From Christensenella sp. UBA7571 (GTDB taxonomy: Bacteria > Bacillota > Clostridia > Christensenellales > CAG-917): a stretch of DNA of 64,000 nt. The stretch covers positions 702 to 64,701 of the forward strand of contig DLLD01000005.1 in the NCBI GenBank assembly GCA_002476605.1, given 5' to 3'. The position numbers were made by a program, and so were the translations under genes. The notes beneath the pieces are model-generated. The model worked only from the letters and a program-made list of their open reading frames with translations, was not told where the DNA came from and did not search any database. Shown piece after piece: positions 27,400 through 37,790 of this stretch (position 1 is the stretch's first letter; each line of letters begins with the position of its first letter).

Positions 27400-27799
27400 A
27401 GTTTTTCCTCTCACTTTTTCTGCCTTTTATATTTACGGTGATTATTCCGCTGATTGCGCCGGCAAGGGGGAGGGTGATGAGGTCTATCCAGCTAAATTTG
27501 ACGTCTTTGAAACCGTTGAGGGCGGAGAAAATCAAAAACGTGAGAAGCATATAGACAAGGCCACAAATCGCGCCTTTGAGCAAGCCGTTTTGCGCTTGCT
27601 TGAAGCCTATGAGCACTCCGACTAATACCGATACGATTTTGATTGCGATATTGACGGGCATAATGACTTTGTTTTCCACTGACGCAAAGCGTATGATAAC
27701 GGCAAAAATCAGCACCAAGCCGAGAGAGATAAGGGTTGCAAACAATACTGCTTTGAGGACGTCAACGACGTCGTTTTTGATGAGTTTTGCTTTTTCCAT
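27398..27799 (-). CDS. small 4-TM membrane protein (YrzE/TIGR04086-like?)
   Basis: 133 aa, four hydrophobic segments, positioned next to secDF. Family name is from memory only. Confidence 0.55.
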   Translation of the reverse strand: MEKAKLIKNDVVDVLKAVLFATLISLGLVLIFAVIIRFASVENKVIMPVNIAIKIVSVLVGVLIGFKQAQNGLLKGAICGLVYMLLTFLIFSALNGFKDVKFSWIDLITLPLAGAISGIITVNIKGRKSERKN

Positions 27800-27905
27800 A
27801 CCAAAAAATATGACGCGTCGCGTTGCGATATGATAGACAAGTGTCGTTTTTGGGGATAATTTTGCAAAAATACTGTTAAAAATTTATATAATCAAACGTA
27901 ATTTC

Positions 27906-27934
27906 TTGACTTAAACTATCTCATTGTTTATAAT
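27906..27934 (+). promoter_or_regulatory. sigmaA consensus promoter for secDF
   Basis: TTGACT, 17 nt spacer, TATAAT. Confidence 0.65.
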
Positions 27935-27966
27935 ACTTATGTTTTACTATATGGAGGAATATTCCT

Positions 27967-29328
27967 GTGAACAAAAAGAAATCGATAGTCGTCTTGTGCA
28001 TAGTGAGTATATTCATAATTCTTATGACAGTGTTTGCCGTCGTGGACTTTCCTATTGCAAACACCGTTTATGATTATACCGGCTATGTGAAGACAATCAA
28101 ACTCGGCCTCGATATGTCGGGCGGTGTGTCGGCAGTTTTCAACGTTGAAAACGACAACTACGGCGACCTCGACACTCGTATCAGTGGCACAGTAAGTTCT
28201 TTGCAAAGTTTGCTCGTATCCAAGGGCTATACGGAAGCAACCGTTACCAAGGGCACGAACAGCAACGGCGGAAACACAATCCGCGTTGAAATCCCCGACG
28301 TTGACGATCCCGAAAAAGTTCTCGAACTCATCGGCCGTCCGCAATCGTTGTATTTCACACTCGAAGACCTCGGTGACGAGGCTGCCGAGAGCGAGCTTTA
28401 CGAGAAAGCGTTCATAAGAGGACGCGAAGACCTCGAAAGTGCGTACGTGACGACCTCCGACAGCAGTACGAGCTACGCAATCGGACTCAAATTCAACGAA
28501 TCGGGTACGAAAAAGTTCTCTGATACCACGACGAATAACGTAGGCAAATCCACGTATATTTACGTCGGCGGAAGAAAGATAATGTCTCCGACGATCAACA
28601 GCGCGATCACCAACGGTCAAGCAATCATCACCGGCAACTACGATTATCAATCCGCTTACGACTTTGCAACTCAATTGCAATCGGGTACGTTCGGCGTTAC
28701 GCTTCAAATCTCGGAAGTGAGAAACATCTCCGCAACGCTCGGTGAGAACTCCATTAGAATCGCACTCATCGCGGGTGCAATCGGCGTGGCACTCATCTTC
28801 GTGTTTATGGCTGTGGTTTATCGCGGTCTCGGTCTTGCGGCTGACCTTTCGCTCTGCATCTACATCGTGCTCTTGCTTTGGTTCTGCGCAGTGTTGCCGT
28901 GGGTACAACTCACGCTCCCCGGTATCGCGGGTATCTTGCTCTCAATCGGTATGGCAGTCGACGCCAACGTAATTATCTTCGAGAGGGTGAAGGACGAATA
29001 CAAGCACTCTTCAAAGCCCATCGGCACTTGCATCAAGATCGGTTTCAAACGCTCCGCGGCTGCAATCATCGACGGTCAAGTTACGACGCTCATCGGCGCA
29101 ATCGTGCTTTGGATACTCGGCTCTTCCTCAATCGTCGGCTTCGCAGTGACGTTGTTCATAGGTATCGTGCTCTCACTCTTCGCATCGTTGGTGTGCACGA
29201 GACTTATCCTCAAAGCGTTTATCCCGCTCAACAGCACAAGCGAAAAGTTCTACGGACTTAAACGCGTCAAAGAAGAAGACGAAGCGGTCAATACCGTTTC
29301 TACACAAACTGCAAAGGAGGAGGCGTAA
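27967..29328 (+). CDS. secD: protein translocase subunit SecD
   Basis: GTG start after GGAGGA. Periplasmic domain plus six C-terminal TM segments (LDMSGG, IGMAVDANVIIFERVKDE). Confidence 0.9.
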   Translation: MNKKKSIVVLCIVSIFIILMTVFAVVDFPIANTVYDYTGYVKTIKLGLDMSGGVSAVFNVENDNYGDLDTRISGTVSSLQSLLVSKGYTEATVTKGTNSNGGNTIRVEIPDVDDPEKVLELIGRPQSLYFTLEDLGDEAAESELYEKAFIRGREDLESAYVTTSDSSTSYAIGLKFNESGTKKFSDTTTNNVGKSTYIYVGGRKIMSPTINSAITNGQAIITGNYDYQSAYDFATQLQSGTFGVTLQISEVRNISATLGENSIRIALIAGAIGVALIFVFMAVVYRGLGLAADLSLCIYIVLLLWFCAVLPWVQLTLPGIAGILLSIGMAVDANVIIFERVKDEYKHSSKPIGTCIKIGFKRSAAAIIDGQVTTLIGAIVLWILGSSSIVGFAVTLFIGIVLSLFASLVCTRLILKAFIPLNSTSEKFYGLKRVKEEDEAVNTVSTQTAKEEA

Positions 29329-29330
29329 TT

Positions 29331-30524
29331 ATGAAAAAGTCAAACTTCCGCAATCTTTGCAACAATTACAGCGTCTGCAAAAACGGCAAATACGCGGCAA
29401 TTCTTCCCGTCGTTATCGTGCTTGTGGCGGTTATTATGATCGTCGCACTCGGTACGAGACCGGGTAGCAGTTACTCCGACGCAGTCGGTATCGGTATCGA
29501 CTTCGAGGGTGGTACTATCCTCACCGTTACGCTTGGTCAAGACGCGAAAGACAACTACGACACCAATCGCGACGCTATCATCAAAGCGATCCAAGACGTT
29601 GAATACAAGGGCGTAAAAGTCGTCGTCAGCTACTCGCAATTGCAAGAAGCAAACGACGTAAATAAAACCGCTATCGTGTTCAGATACAAAAACGTCCTCG
29701 ACAACGACGCAGACATTGCGGCTATGAACGAAGCAATCAGAGACGCAGTCGATAAGAACGCTTTCCCCAATATCAACCTCGCAGATAAGATCACTTATCA
29801 ATCTATCGGTGCAACCGCGGCAAGCGACTTGCTCTCCAAAGCGGGTATCGCACTTGCTGTTTCGCTTGCTCTCATCCTTATCTACATTATGATAAGATTC
29901 ACCTTGATGAGCGCGTTTGCGGCAATCATCGCACTCGTACACGATATCGTGATAATGTTTGCTCTCACCGTCATTTGCAGAGTGCAAATCAACAGCTCCT
30001 ACGTCGCTGCTATGATTACGATCGTTGCTTACTCAATCAACAACACGATCATCATCTTCGACCGTTGCCGTGAAATGATCAAGCCTCTCAAAGGCCAAAA
30101 GAACATCGACTACAAGGGTATCGGCGACCAAGCGGTTCGCGCTTCCTTGACTCGTACGATTTTCTCGACTTTGACGACGATGGTTACCGTTATATTCCTT
30201 GCAATTCTCGGTAGCGAATCCATCAGAGAGTTCTGCGTGCCTATCATTCTCGGTTTGATGGCAGGTTTGTATTCGGCATTGACTATCGCAACTCCGTTGT
30301 GGGCGGCAATGAGCATCTCCTTTGACAAGACCAAAGAGAAATATGCAAAACGCCACAACGTATCTTACGACAAAAAGGACGACGAAGACGTGGTTGACGC
30401 AACCGTCGTGAAAGACGACGAGGCAACTCCCGTCCAAGTCAAACAAGCCGGTGCACAAAAACAAAAAGCAAACACGGTTTACAAATATTCCAAGAAGAAC
30501 ACGACCTTCAAGAAAAAGAAATAA
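29331..30524 (+). CDS. secF: protein translocase subunit SecF
   Basis: GIDFEGGT and the SecF TM core, with a Lys-rich tail. Confidence 0.9.
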   Translation: MKKSNFRNLCNNYSVCKNGKYAAILPVVIVLVAVIMIVALGTRPGSSYSDAVGIGIDFEGGTILTVTLGQDAKDNYDTNRDAIIKAIQDVEYKGVKVVVSYSQLQEANDVNKTAIVFRYKNVLDNDADIAAMNEAIRDAVDKNAFPNINLADKITYQSIGATAASDLLSKAGIALAVSLALILIYIMIRFTLMSAFAAIIALVHDIVIMFALTVICRVQINSSYVAAMITIVAYSINNTIIIFDRCREMIKPLKGQKNIDYKGIGDQAVRASLTRTIFSTLTTMVTVIFLAILGSESIREFCVPIILGLMAGLYSALTIATPLWAAMSISFDKTKEKYAKRHNVSYDKKDDEDVVDATVVKDDEATPVQVKQAGAQKQKANTVYKYSKKNTTFKKKK

Positions 30525-30535
30525 TTAAAGAAAAA

Positions 30536-30571
30536 CGTTTGCGCCCTCACAAAACGTGAGGGCGTCGTTTT
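30536..30571 (+). terminator. secF terminator
   Basis: GCGCCCTCAC-AAAAC-GTGAGGGCGT followed by a T-rich stretch. Confidence 0.6.
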
Positions 30572-30579
30572 ATGTCTAT

Positions 30580-32868
30580 ATGCAATATACCGTAAAAACT
30601 CAAAATTTTGAATTGTCCGCCTCGCAAACGGCACTTGCGAAAAAGCTCGGGATATCCCGAGAGTTTTTGCGTTTGCTTTTGGGTAGGGGAATGAAGGAGA
30701 ACGAGATTTTTGCGTTTTTGCATCCGTCTATCGACGATTTGTCCTCACCGTTTGAAATCGACGGTATGAGGGAAGCCGCCGAGCGCATAAAAAAGGCAAT
30801 CGCAAATAAGGAAAAAGTGCTTATTTACGGTGACTACGACTGCGACGGCATTTGCGCGATATCAACTCTTATGTTGTACTTGCGCGACAAACTCGACGTT
30901 TTCTATTTTATCCCCGACCGCAACAAGGACGGCTACGGCATAAGCGTGGACGCGTTGAAGAGAATTCTTGCCAATCACTCGCCGAGCCTCGTTATCACCG
31001 TAGATACGGGCATTACGGCGGTTGAAGAGGTGGAATATCTCAAATCTGTCGGAATAGACACCATCGTCACCGACCACCACGAACCGCAAGAGAAAATTCC
31101 CGATTGCATAGTGGTAGACCCCAAAGTCGCACGCAAAGGCTTTTTCGATTTGTGCGGTGCGGGCGTTGCTCTCAAACTCGTCGAAGCGTTGAGCAATAGG
31201 CAAGAGGCGTGCAAATACCTCGATATCGTGTCCATTGCCACCATTGCGGACGTCGTTCCGCTCGTGGGGGACAATAGAATAATTGCCTACTACGGACTCA
31301 AACAAATCACTACGTCCCCGAGAAAGGGCGTCAAAATGCTTCTCAATCAAGAGACGGTGTCGTCGCAAGACGTTATGTTCCGCCTTGCACCGAGAATGAA
31401 TGCCGCGGGCAGACTCAATTCCGCAATGAAAGTGGTGGGCTTGTTCCTCGAAAACGATTATTTCCTTTTGAGAACGCTCACGGAGGAACTTGCAAGGGAC
31501 AACTCTGCGCGCCAACAATTGTGTGAAGAGGCGGTGGAGTCGGCAAAGCAAATGCTCAAAGGCGCGGACTTTGAGAATATGGGCATTATCGCGCTTTACA
31601 GCGACAAGTGGGAGCCCGGTATATTAGGTATCGCGTGCGCGCGACTGGTTGAGGAATTCAAACGTCCCGCAGTGCTCTTTGCAAAGAACGGGGAAGAGCT
31701 TCGAGGCTCTGCTCGTTCCGTGCCGTCGGTGAATATATTCGAGCTTTTCTGCTCGCTTTCCGAATACTTTACGGCGTTTGGCGGACACGCGCAAGCGGCG
31801 GGCGTCAGTATGAACGTGTCGGCGTTTGAGGACTTCAAACAAGACGCTAATAAGAAACTTTTGTCAGAGCATAAGGCGGAAGATTTCACTCACGTAGTCG
31901 AGTGTGAAATGCAACTGCCTATGGATATGAATTTCCTTTCCTTTGCAAAGGAATTGGAACTGTTAGAACCCACGGGTTATCAAAATCCAAAGCCCACATT
32001 CTTAATCGAGGCGCAAGGGCTTAAATTTGAAAGAATAGGCTTTTCGCAACACGTAAAATACTCGGGAAACAACATCGAATTGATGGGATTTTCCAAGTTT
32101 GCGCCGTGTCTTTTCCCCGTTACGGGCAAGACCAATTTTGAGGTTACGCTGGGCGTAAACGTATTCCAAAACAGAGAAAACGCGCAAGGAATTATTCAAA
32201 CGCTTGAATTCGAAAACGTGTCCGTTACACCGCAAGAGAGCGAGTGTATGAACTTGCATCAACTTTCGTGCGAAGGCAACGCAACTTTGCAAAAAACGAA
32301 CTTTAACGAACTTAAATCGTGGCTTAAAGAGCCGTTTGGTACGGTTGTGTTGTGTTTCTCGGAGGAAGAGTATAACGGAATTTGCAACGAGTGCGAGGAA
32401 GTGAAGTCGCTTCCCGTGCTTATAGCGACGCCTCGTTGTCTCAATCCCGAAAACTGCGTGGTCGTGTGTCCCGCCGAGTGCTACGATTTCTCTTTCTACA
32501 AGAGAATAGTGGTTGCGGGTAGTCCGCTTTGCGAGGGGTATCTTGCAAAACTACAAAAACAAGCGACGTGCTACGCCCTGGGTAACGTTACGCCAAAGCA
32601 ATTGCGCATAACCGACGAGAAATTGAGAAATATCTACAAAGAGATATTCAACATCTCGGCAAGGGGCGGAAAGCAAGGCGGATATAGAAAGATGTATATT
32701 GCGGTGTGTTCGAGATACAAGGTCAAAGAAAGCGAATTTTACGTCGCTATGACTATTTTCGAGCAACTCGGACTGGTACAAATAAGCGATAGGGGTATAG
32801 TGACGGTGAGTAGGAAGAAATCAAACCTTCAAGACAGCGTCGTATATCGCAATCTCTTGCACGCCTAA
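30580..32868 (+). CDS. recJ: single-stranded-DNA-specific exonuclease RecJ
   Basis: DHH motifs (IYGDYDCDGI, VTDHH) and a DHHA1 region. Start set at ATG 30580 because the track start 30556 lies inside the terminator hairpin. Confidence 0.87.
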   Translation: MQYTVKTQNFELSASQTALAKKLGISREFLRLLLGRGMKENEIFAFLHPSIDDLSSPFEIDGMREAAERIKKAIANKEKVLIYGDYDCDGICAISTLMLYLRDKLDVFYFIPDRNKDGYGISVDALKRILANHSPSLVITVDTGITAVEEVEYLKSVGIDTIVTDHHEPQEKIPDCIVVDPKVARKGFFDLCGAGVALKLVEALSNRQEACKYLDIVSIATIADVVPLVGDNRIIAYYGLKQITTSPRKGVKMLLNQETVSSQDVMFRLAPRMNAAGRLNSAMKVVGLFLENDYFLLRTLTEELARDNSARQQLCEEAVESAKQMLKGADFENMGIIALYSDKWEPGILGIACARLVEEFKRPAVLFAKNGEELRGSARSVPSVNIFELFCSLSEYFTAFGGHAQAAGVSMNVSAFEDFKQDANKKLLSEHKAEDFTHVVECEMQLPMDMNFLSFAKELELLEPTGYQNPKPTFLIEAQGLKFERIGFSQHVKYSGNNIELMGFSKFAPCLFPVTGKTNFEVTLGVNVFQNRENAQGIIQTLEFENVSVTPQESECMNLHQLSCEGNATLQKTNFNELKSWLKEPFGTVVLCFSEEEYNGICNECEEVKSLPVLIATPRCLNPENCVVVCPAECYDFSFYKRIVVAGSPLCEGYLAKLQKQATCYALGNVTPKQLRITDEKLRNIYKEIFNISARGGKQGGYRKMYIAVCSRYKVKESEFYVAMTIFEQLGLVQISDRGIVTVSRKKSNLQDSVVYRNLLHA

Positions 32869-32960
32869 AAAAAATCGGCGTGCTTTTTTGAGTTGCTATT
32901 GCAATGTTTTTTAAGATAAAGTATAATAATCTATTATAGGTAACACGGCAAGAGGAATTT

Positions 32961-35105
32961 ATGGAAGACTTGCTCATAAAACTCAGAAAAACGTATCCGC
33001 TCAATTATGCGGAAATCAAAAAGGCGTACGACTTTGCCAAAGAGGCGCACAAGGGACAAAAAAGAAGTTCGGGTGAGGACTACTTTATTCATCCGTGCGC
33101 GGTGGTGGAGATACTGACGGATTACGGCTTTGACAGCTCAACGGTCATAGCCGCGTTTTTGCACGACGTTTTGGAGGATACGGAGGTAACTTACGAGCAG
33201 TTGCGAGACGAATTCGGAGACGAAATCGTCGAACTCGTCGAGGGTGTTACCAAACTCGACAAACTTCAATTTGTCAACAGAGAGGAGGCGCAGGCGGAAA
33301 ACTTCCGCAAAATCTTCGTCGCAATGGCAAAAGATTTGAGGGTTATTATCATCAAACTTGCCGACAGACTGCACAATATGCGCTCGCTCCAATATTTACC
33401 GCCCGAAAAGCAACAGCGTATCGCAAAAGAGACTCTCGATATCTACGCACCGCTTGCGGGTAGACTCGGTATATCCTTCTTCAAGTGCGAACTGGAAGAC
33501 TTGGCAATGAAATACCTTTATCCCGCGGAGTACAAGTACGTTGCCGAGAGCGTCAACAAAAAACGTAGCGAAAGACAGGGTTTTTTGGATAAGATTTGCA
33601 AGCAGATAGAGGAAAAACTCAAAGAAATGGGCATACACGGAGAAGTGAACGGCAGACCGAAGCACTTTTATTCCGTGTATAAAAAGATGCACAATCTTCA
33701 CATCGATATAGACCAAATTTACGACCTTTTGGCAGTGCGTATCATCGTGGACACCGTAAAGGACTGCTACACTATGCTCGGTGAAATCCACACTATGTGG
33801 AAACCGCTCCCAGGTAGATTCAAAGACTACATCGCAATGCCCAAGGCAAACAACTATCAGTCGTTGCATACCACCGTCGTCACACCGTTCAACGAGACTT
33901 TCGAGATACAAATCCGCACGTACGAAATGCACAAAATCGCGGAATACGGCGTTGCGGCGCACTGGAAGTACAAAGAGGGTACGACGGGTAAGGATAGCGA
34001 ACTCGACAGCAAAGTGCGTTGGCTTCGCGAGGTTATGGACGCTCAAAAGGATATAGACGGCGCAAAAGAGTTTATGGACGCCGTCAAAATCAACGTCTTT
34101 GACGACGAAGTGTTCGTATTCACTCCGAAGGGCGACGTATTCGATTTGCCGGTAGGGTCGACTCCGCTCGACTTGGCGTATAAAATTCACTCCGCAATAG
34201 GCAACAAGTGCATAGGCGCAAAAGTCAACAAGCGTATGGTGCCTTTGTCAACGAAGCTCGTAAACGGCGATATCGTCGAGATTTTGACGTCCAACGCTTC
34301 AAAAGGTCCTAGCCTCGACTGGCTTAAATACGTGCATACTGCGTCCGCTCGCTCCAAAATCCGCGCTTACTTCAAGAAAGAGAAGAAGGACGAGAATATC
34401 GCGCGCGGTAAGGAAATGCTCGAAAGAGAGGCAAAACGCAGAGGTTACGCGCTTGCCGATATCTTTACTCCCGACATTTTGAGCGGTATTTTGCAACGCC
34501 ACGCAATGAGTTCGGAAGAAGACTTGTACGCAATGGTCGGTTACGGCGGTCTTACGACTAGCCAAGTCCTCACCAAGATAATCGAGGGCTTCAAAAAGGA
34601 AGACCACACCTCGCAAAACGCGCAACTTCCCGCAGTGCCGATACAAGAGCAAAAACCGCGCAAACACTCCAAGAGCGGTGTGCTTATCAACGGCAACGCC
34701 AACTTCACGGTGCGTATGGCGCAATGTTGCTCACCCGTCCCCGGTGACGAGATTATCGGATATATTTCGAGGGGTAGAGGCGTGTCCATTCACCGTAAGG
34801 ATTGCCCCAACGTCAAGGGAATGGAAGAAGAGCGTCTTATTCAAGCGAGTTGGGACAGCGACGGTGAAGAGATGTTCAACGCAACGCTCATCATCACCGT
34901 TGAGAACAAGGACGGCGTAATCGCGTCTATCACGGCACTTATCGCAAACGCCAGATTGAATATCGTTGCCGCAAACGCAAGATTGGAAGATAAGACGGGA
35001 CTCGGTGAATTTACCGTAACCGTGCAAATAAAACAAGGAAGCGTGCTCGAAGAGCTTGTAAAGAAAATACGCGCAATCGACGGCGTTATCGAGGTGCATA
35101 GATGA
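32961..35105 (+). CDS. relA: bifunctional (p)ppGpp synthetase/hydrolase
   Basis: HD domain (HDVLEDT), synthetase domain, TGS and ACT regions. Confidence 0.93.
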   Translation: MEDLLIKLRKTYPLNYAEIKKAYDFAKEAHKGQKRSSGEDYFIHPCAVVEILTDYGFDSSTVIAAFLHDVLEDTEVTYEQLRDEFGDEIVELVEGVTKLDKLQFVNREEAQAENFRKIFVAMAKDLRVIIIKLADRLHNMRSLQYLPPEKQQRIAKETLDIYAPLAGRLGISFFKCELEDLAMKYLYPAEYKYVAESVNKKRSERQGFLDKICKQIEEKLKEMGIHGEVNGRPKHFYSVYKKMHNLHIDIDQIYDLLAVRIIVDTVKDCYTMLGEIHTMWKPLPGRFKDYIAMPKANNYQSLHTTVVTPFNETFEIQIRTYEMHKIAEYGVAAHWKYKEGTTGKDSELDSKVRWLREVMDAQKDIDGAKEFMDAVKINVFDDEVFVFTPKGDVFDLPVGSTPLDLAYKIHSAIGNKCIGAKVNKRMVPLSTKLVNGDIVEILTSNASKGPSLDWLKYVHTASARSKIRAYFKKEKKDENIARGKEMLEREAKRRGYALADIFTPDILSGILQRHAMSSEEDLYAMVGYGGLTTSQVLTKIIEGFKKEDHTSQNAQLPAVPIQEQKPRKHSKSGVLINGNANFTVRMAQCCSPVPGDEIIGYISRGRGVSIHRKDCPNVKGMEEERLIQASWDSDGEEMFNATLIITVENKDGVIASITALIANARLNIVAANARLEDKTGLGEFTVTVQIKQGSVLEELVKKIRAIDGVIEVHR

Positions 35106-35782
35106 GCGATTTGAGATTTTTCCATCTATACACGGGCAAGCTCGGCACGAATACGTATATCGTCATCAACGGCAATCGTGGGTTCGTGGTCGACCCCGGC
35201 GGTGAAGCGGAGCAGATTGCGGAGATTTTTAAGGACGCAAAAGCCAAAATCGACGCTATATTGCTTACTCACGCGCACTTTGACCATATCGCGGGCGTCG
35301 CACCGCTTTTGAAAATCGTATGCACGGACGAAAACGGCGTATACGACGAAAGCAAAGTTCCCTCCGTGTTCTTGCATAAAGACGAGGCGGAAAAGATAAA
35401 TTCCTACAAAAATATGGGCTTTTCCGTTGGTGTAAAGGTGGAAAAGTTCGTGCCCGACGTGCTCTTGCAAGGCGGTGAAACGCTGAAAATCGCGGGACTC
35501 GACGTCAAAGTTATTCACACCCCCGGACACGCAAAGGGAAGCGTGTGCTATATAGTGGGCAACAAGATTTTCGTTGGAGACACGATATTCTTCACATCGT
35601 ACGGACGCACCGATTTTTACGACGGAAACGCAAAAGATATCAAAAATTCAATCGTCAACAAACTTTTTACTCTCAAAGGCAACTATACGCTTTTGACGGG
35701 GCACGGTGAGCCTACGACGCTTGATTTTGAAAGAAAAAACAACCCGATTATAGAGAAAAACGCTTATATACCCGTAGAATAA
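35102..35782 (+). CDS. MBL-fold metallo-hydrolase
   Basis: LTHAHFDHIAG motif. Overlaps the relA stop by 4 nt. Confidence 0.8.
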   Translation: MSDLRFFHLYTGKLGTNTYIVINGNRGFVVDPGGEAEQIAEIFKDAKAKIDAILLTHAHFDHIAGVAPLLKIVCTDENGVYDESKVPSVFLHKDEAEKINSYKNMGFSVGVKVEKFVPDVLLQGGETLKIAGLDVKVIHTPGHAKGSVCYIVGNKIFVGDTIFFTSYGRTDFYDGNAKDIKNSIVNKLFTLKGNYTLLTGHGEPTTLDFERKNNPIIEKNAYIPVE

Positions 35783-35832
35783 AACGATAATAATCAAATA
35801 GAATTAAGACGAAGTAACCGAAGCAGAAGCCA

Positions 35833-37242
35833 ATGATTGATTTTCATATCGCAAACGAAGAATACCTAAACGATTTGATGGAACTCGTGCGCCCGTTCGA
35901 AAGTAGAACGGACGTTGATTTGAAACTCGACGTTGACTACGTTAGACAAAAAAACGCGATTAGAATATCGATTTATTCGGATTATTTTGAAAATTTTCAA
36001 AAGTGTTACACTTTCCCGATAAAGAGCAAGGACGAGCTTGAACGCAAGCGTAAAGAGAAGCGATTTTTGAAAATCGCTATATATCGCACGCTGTCTTTCC
36101 TTACGGGCGTAAATCTTCCGTACGGTTGCCTTACGGGCATAAGACCTACCAAGTTGTTTCTTGAAATTCAAAACGACTTCAAGGACTACGGAAAGAGCGC
36201 AAGGGAAGTGTTTATAGACGATTATAGCGTGAGCGAAGGCAAGGTCAATCTCGTTGAGAAAATCGTGAACGTGCAAGCACCTATACGCAACAAATCGAGC
36301 AAGGAATACGACGTTTTCGTGTTTATTCCGTTTTGTCCGACGAGATGCGCGTATTGCTCTTTCGTATCCCTCCCCATAGACAAGCAAAGAAAGCTCGTCG
36401 AGCCGTACGTCGAGTGTCTTATAAGAGAGCTCGAACAGACGAAAGAGCTGATTAGAAGCAAGAAATGGAAGATACGAGCGGTGTACGTCGGAGGCGGAAC
36501 GCCTACGTCAATCGGCGCGGAAGCGTTGGATAGAGTTTTGGAGCATTGCCACTTCGACGCAAGGGAATTTACCGTCGAGGCGGGACGTCCCGATACCATT
36601 GACGAGGATATCGTTGCGGTTATGCAAAAGCACGGCGTAACGAGGGTGTCCGTCAATCCGCAGACCTTCAACGACAAGACTTTGGAGATTATCGGAAGAC
36701 GCCACAAGAGCGCGCAAACGTACAACGCGTATATGCTTGTCAAGGACAAATTCGACGTAAATATGGACTTGATCGCGTGCCTTCCCGAAGAGACTTTCGA
36801 GGACTTCAAGCGTAGCGTGGATATTGCGGTTGCGCTCAATCCCGCCAATATTACCGTGCATACGCTTTATATGAAAAAGGGTTCTGCGCTCAAACAGGGC
36901 GGATACGACAACACGGACTTCGAGACGGCGTCGAAAATGGTGGATTACGCGTATTCTAAACTGACGGAATCGGGATACGAGCCATATTATATGTACCGCC
37001 AAAAATACACGAGCGGAAACCTCGAAAACGTCGGATACGCAAAGCCTAACAAGGCGTGTATTTACAACGTGGACATTATGGAAGAGGACACGTCCATAAT
37101 CGCAAACGGCGCAAACGCCATATCCAAAAAGTGGAATAAAAAACTCAATCTCATCACGAGATGCGCAAATTATAAAGAACCGCTTGAATACGTCAAGCAT
37201 ATAGACGAGATGATGAAGCGTCAGCACGATTTTTGGCTTTGA
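35833..37242 (+). CDS. HemN-family radical SAM protein (HemZ-like coproporphyrinogen dehydrogenase family)
   Basis: CPTRCAYCSF radical SAM motif; size and position after relA resemble HemZ in other Clostridia. Confidence 0.72.
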   Translation: MIDFHIANEEYLNDLMELVRPFESRTDVDLKLDVDYVRQKNAIRISIYSDYFENFQKCYTFPIKSKDELERKRKEKRFLKIAIYRTLSFLTGVNLPYGCLTGIRPTKLFLEIQNDFKDYGKSAREVFIDDYSVSEGKVNLVEKIVNVQAPIRNKSSKEYDVFVFIPFCPTRCAYCSFVSLPIDKQRKLVEPYVECLIRELEQTKELIRSKKWKIRAVYVGGGTPTSIGAEALDRVLEHCHFDAREFTVEAGRPDTIDEDIVAVMQKHGVTRVSVNPQTFNDKTLEIIGRRHKSAQTYNAYMLVKDKFDVNMDLIACLPEETFEDFKRSVDIAVALNPANITVHTLYMKKGSALKQGGYDNTDFETASKMVDYAYSKLTESGYEPYYMYRQKYTSGNLENVGYAKPNKACIYNVDIMEEDTSIIANGANAISKKWNKKLNLITRCANYKEPLEYVKHIDEMMKRQHDFWL

Positions 37243-37407
37243 CGAAAATAAGATTTTCCGTTAAAGCGAAAAAATCACTCAAAAACGGTTTACTTTATTT
37301 TTTGTATATGTTAATATACACACGTACTTTCGACGAGGTTGCGACAATACTCCGAGTCGCTACTTGGTTGAAAGCGAATTATTTATCCAACGAAGGAGGC
37401 AAAAACA

Positions 37408-37671
37408 ATGGATAAAACTACGAAACAAGAAATTATCGCAAAGTACGCTCGTACAGAGGGCGACACCGGTTCTCCGGAAGTTCAAATCGCACTTTTGACT
37501 GCACGTATCGCAGAGCTCACCGCTCACCTCAAAAATCACCCCAAAGATCACCACAGCCGTCGCGGTCTTCTTATGATGGTCGGCCACAGAAGAGGTCTTT
37601 TGGATTACCTTAAAAAGGTTGATATCGAAAGATACCGTGCAATCGTCAGCTCTCTCGGTTTGAGAAAGTAA
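37408..37671 (+). CDS. rpsO: 30S ribosomal protein S15
   Basis: [17 protein letters not shown]...[16 protein letters not shown]. Confidence 0.96.
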   Translation: MDKTTKQEIIAKYARTEGDTGSPEVQIALLTARIAELTAHLKNHPKDHHSRRGLLMMVGHRRGLLDYLKKVDIERYRAIVSSLGLRK

Positions 37672-37677
37672 AAATTT

Positions 37678-37706
37678 CGGGTGTGGTTTACGCACCCGTT
37701 TTTTTT
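37678..37706 (+). terminator. rpsO terminator/attenuator
   Basis: CGGGTG...CACCCG stem followed by T8. Confidence 0.8.
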
Positions 37707-37790
37707 GCGGAATTATCCGCACAATAAATAAAAAATAAAATGCCGAAAGGCAATATTCGGGAATGACGGAATTCCCAGAAGGAGAAATTT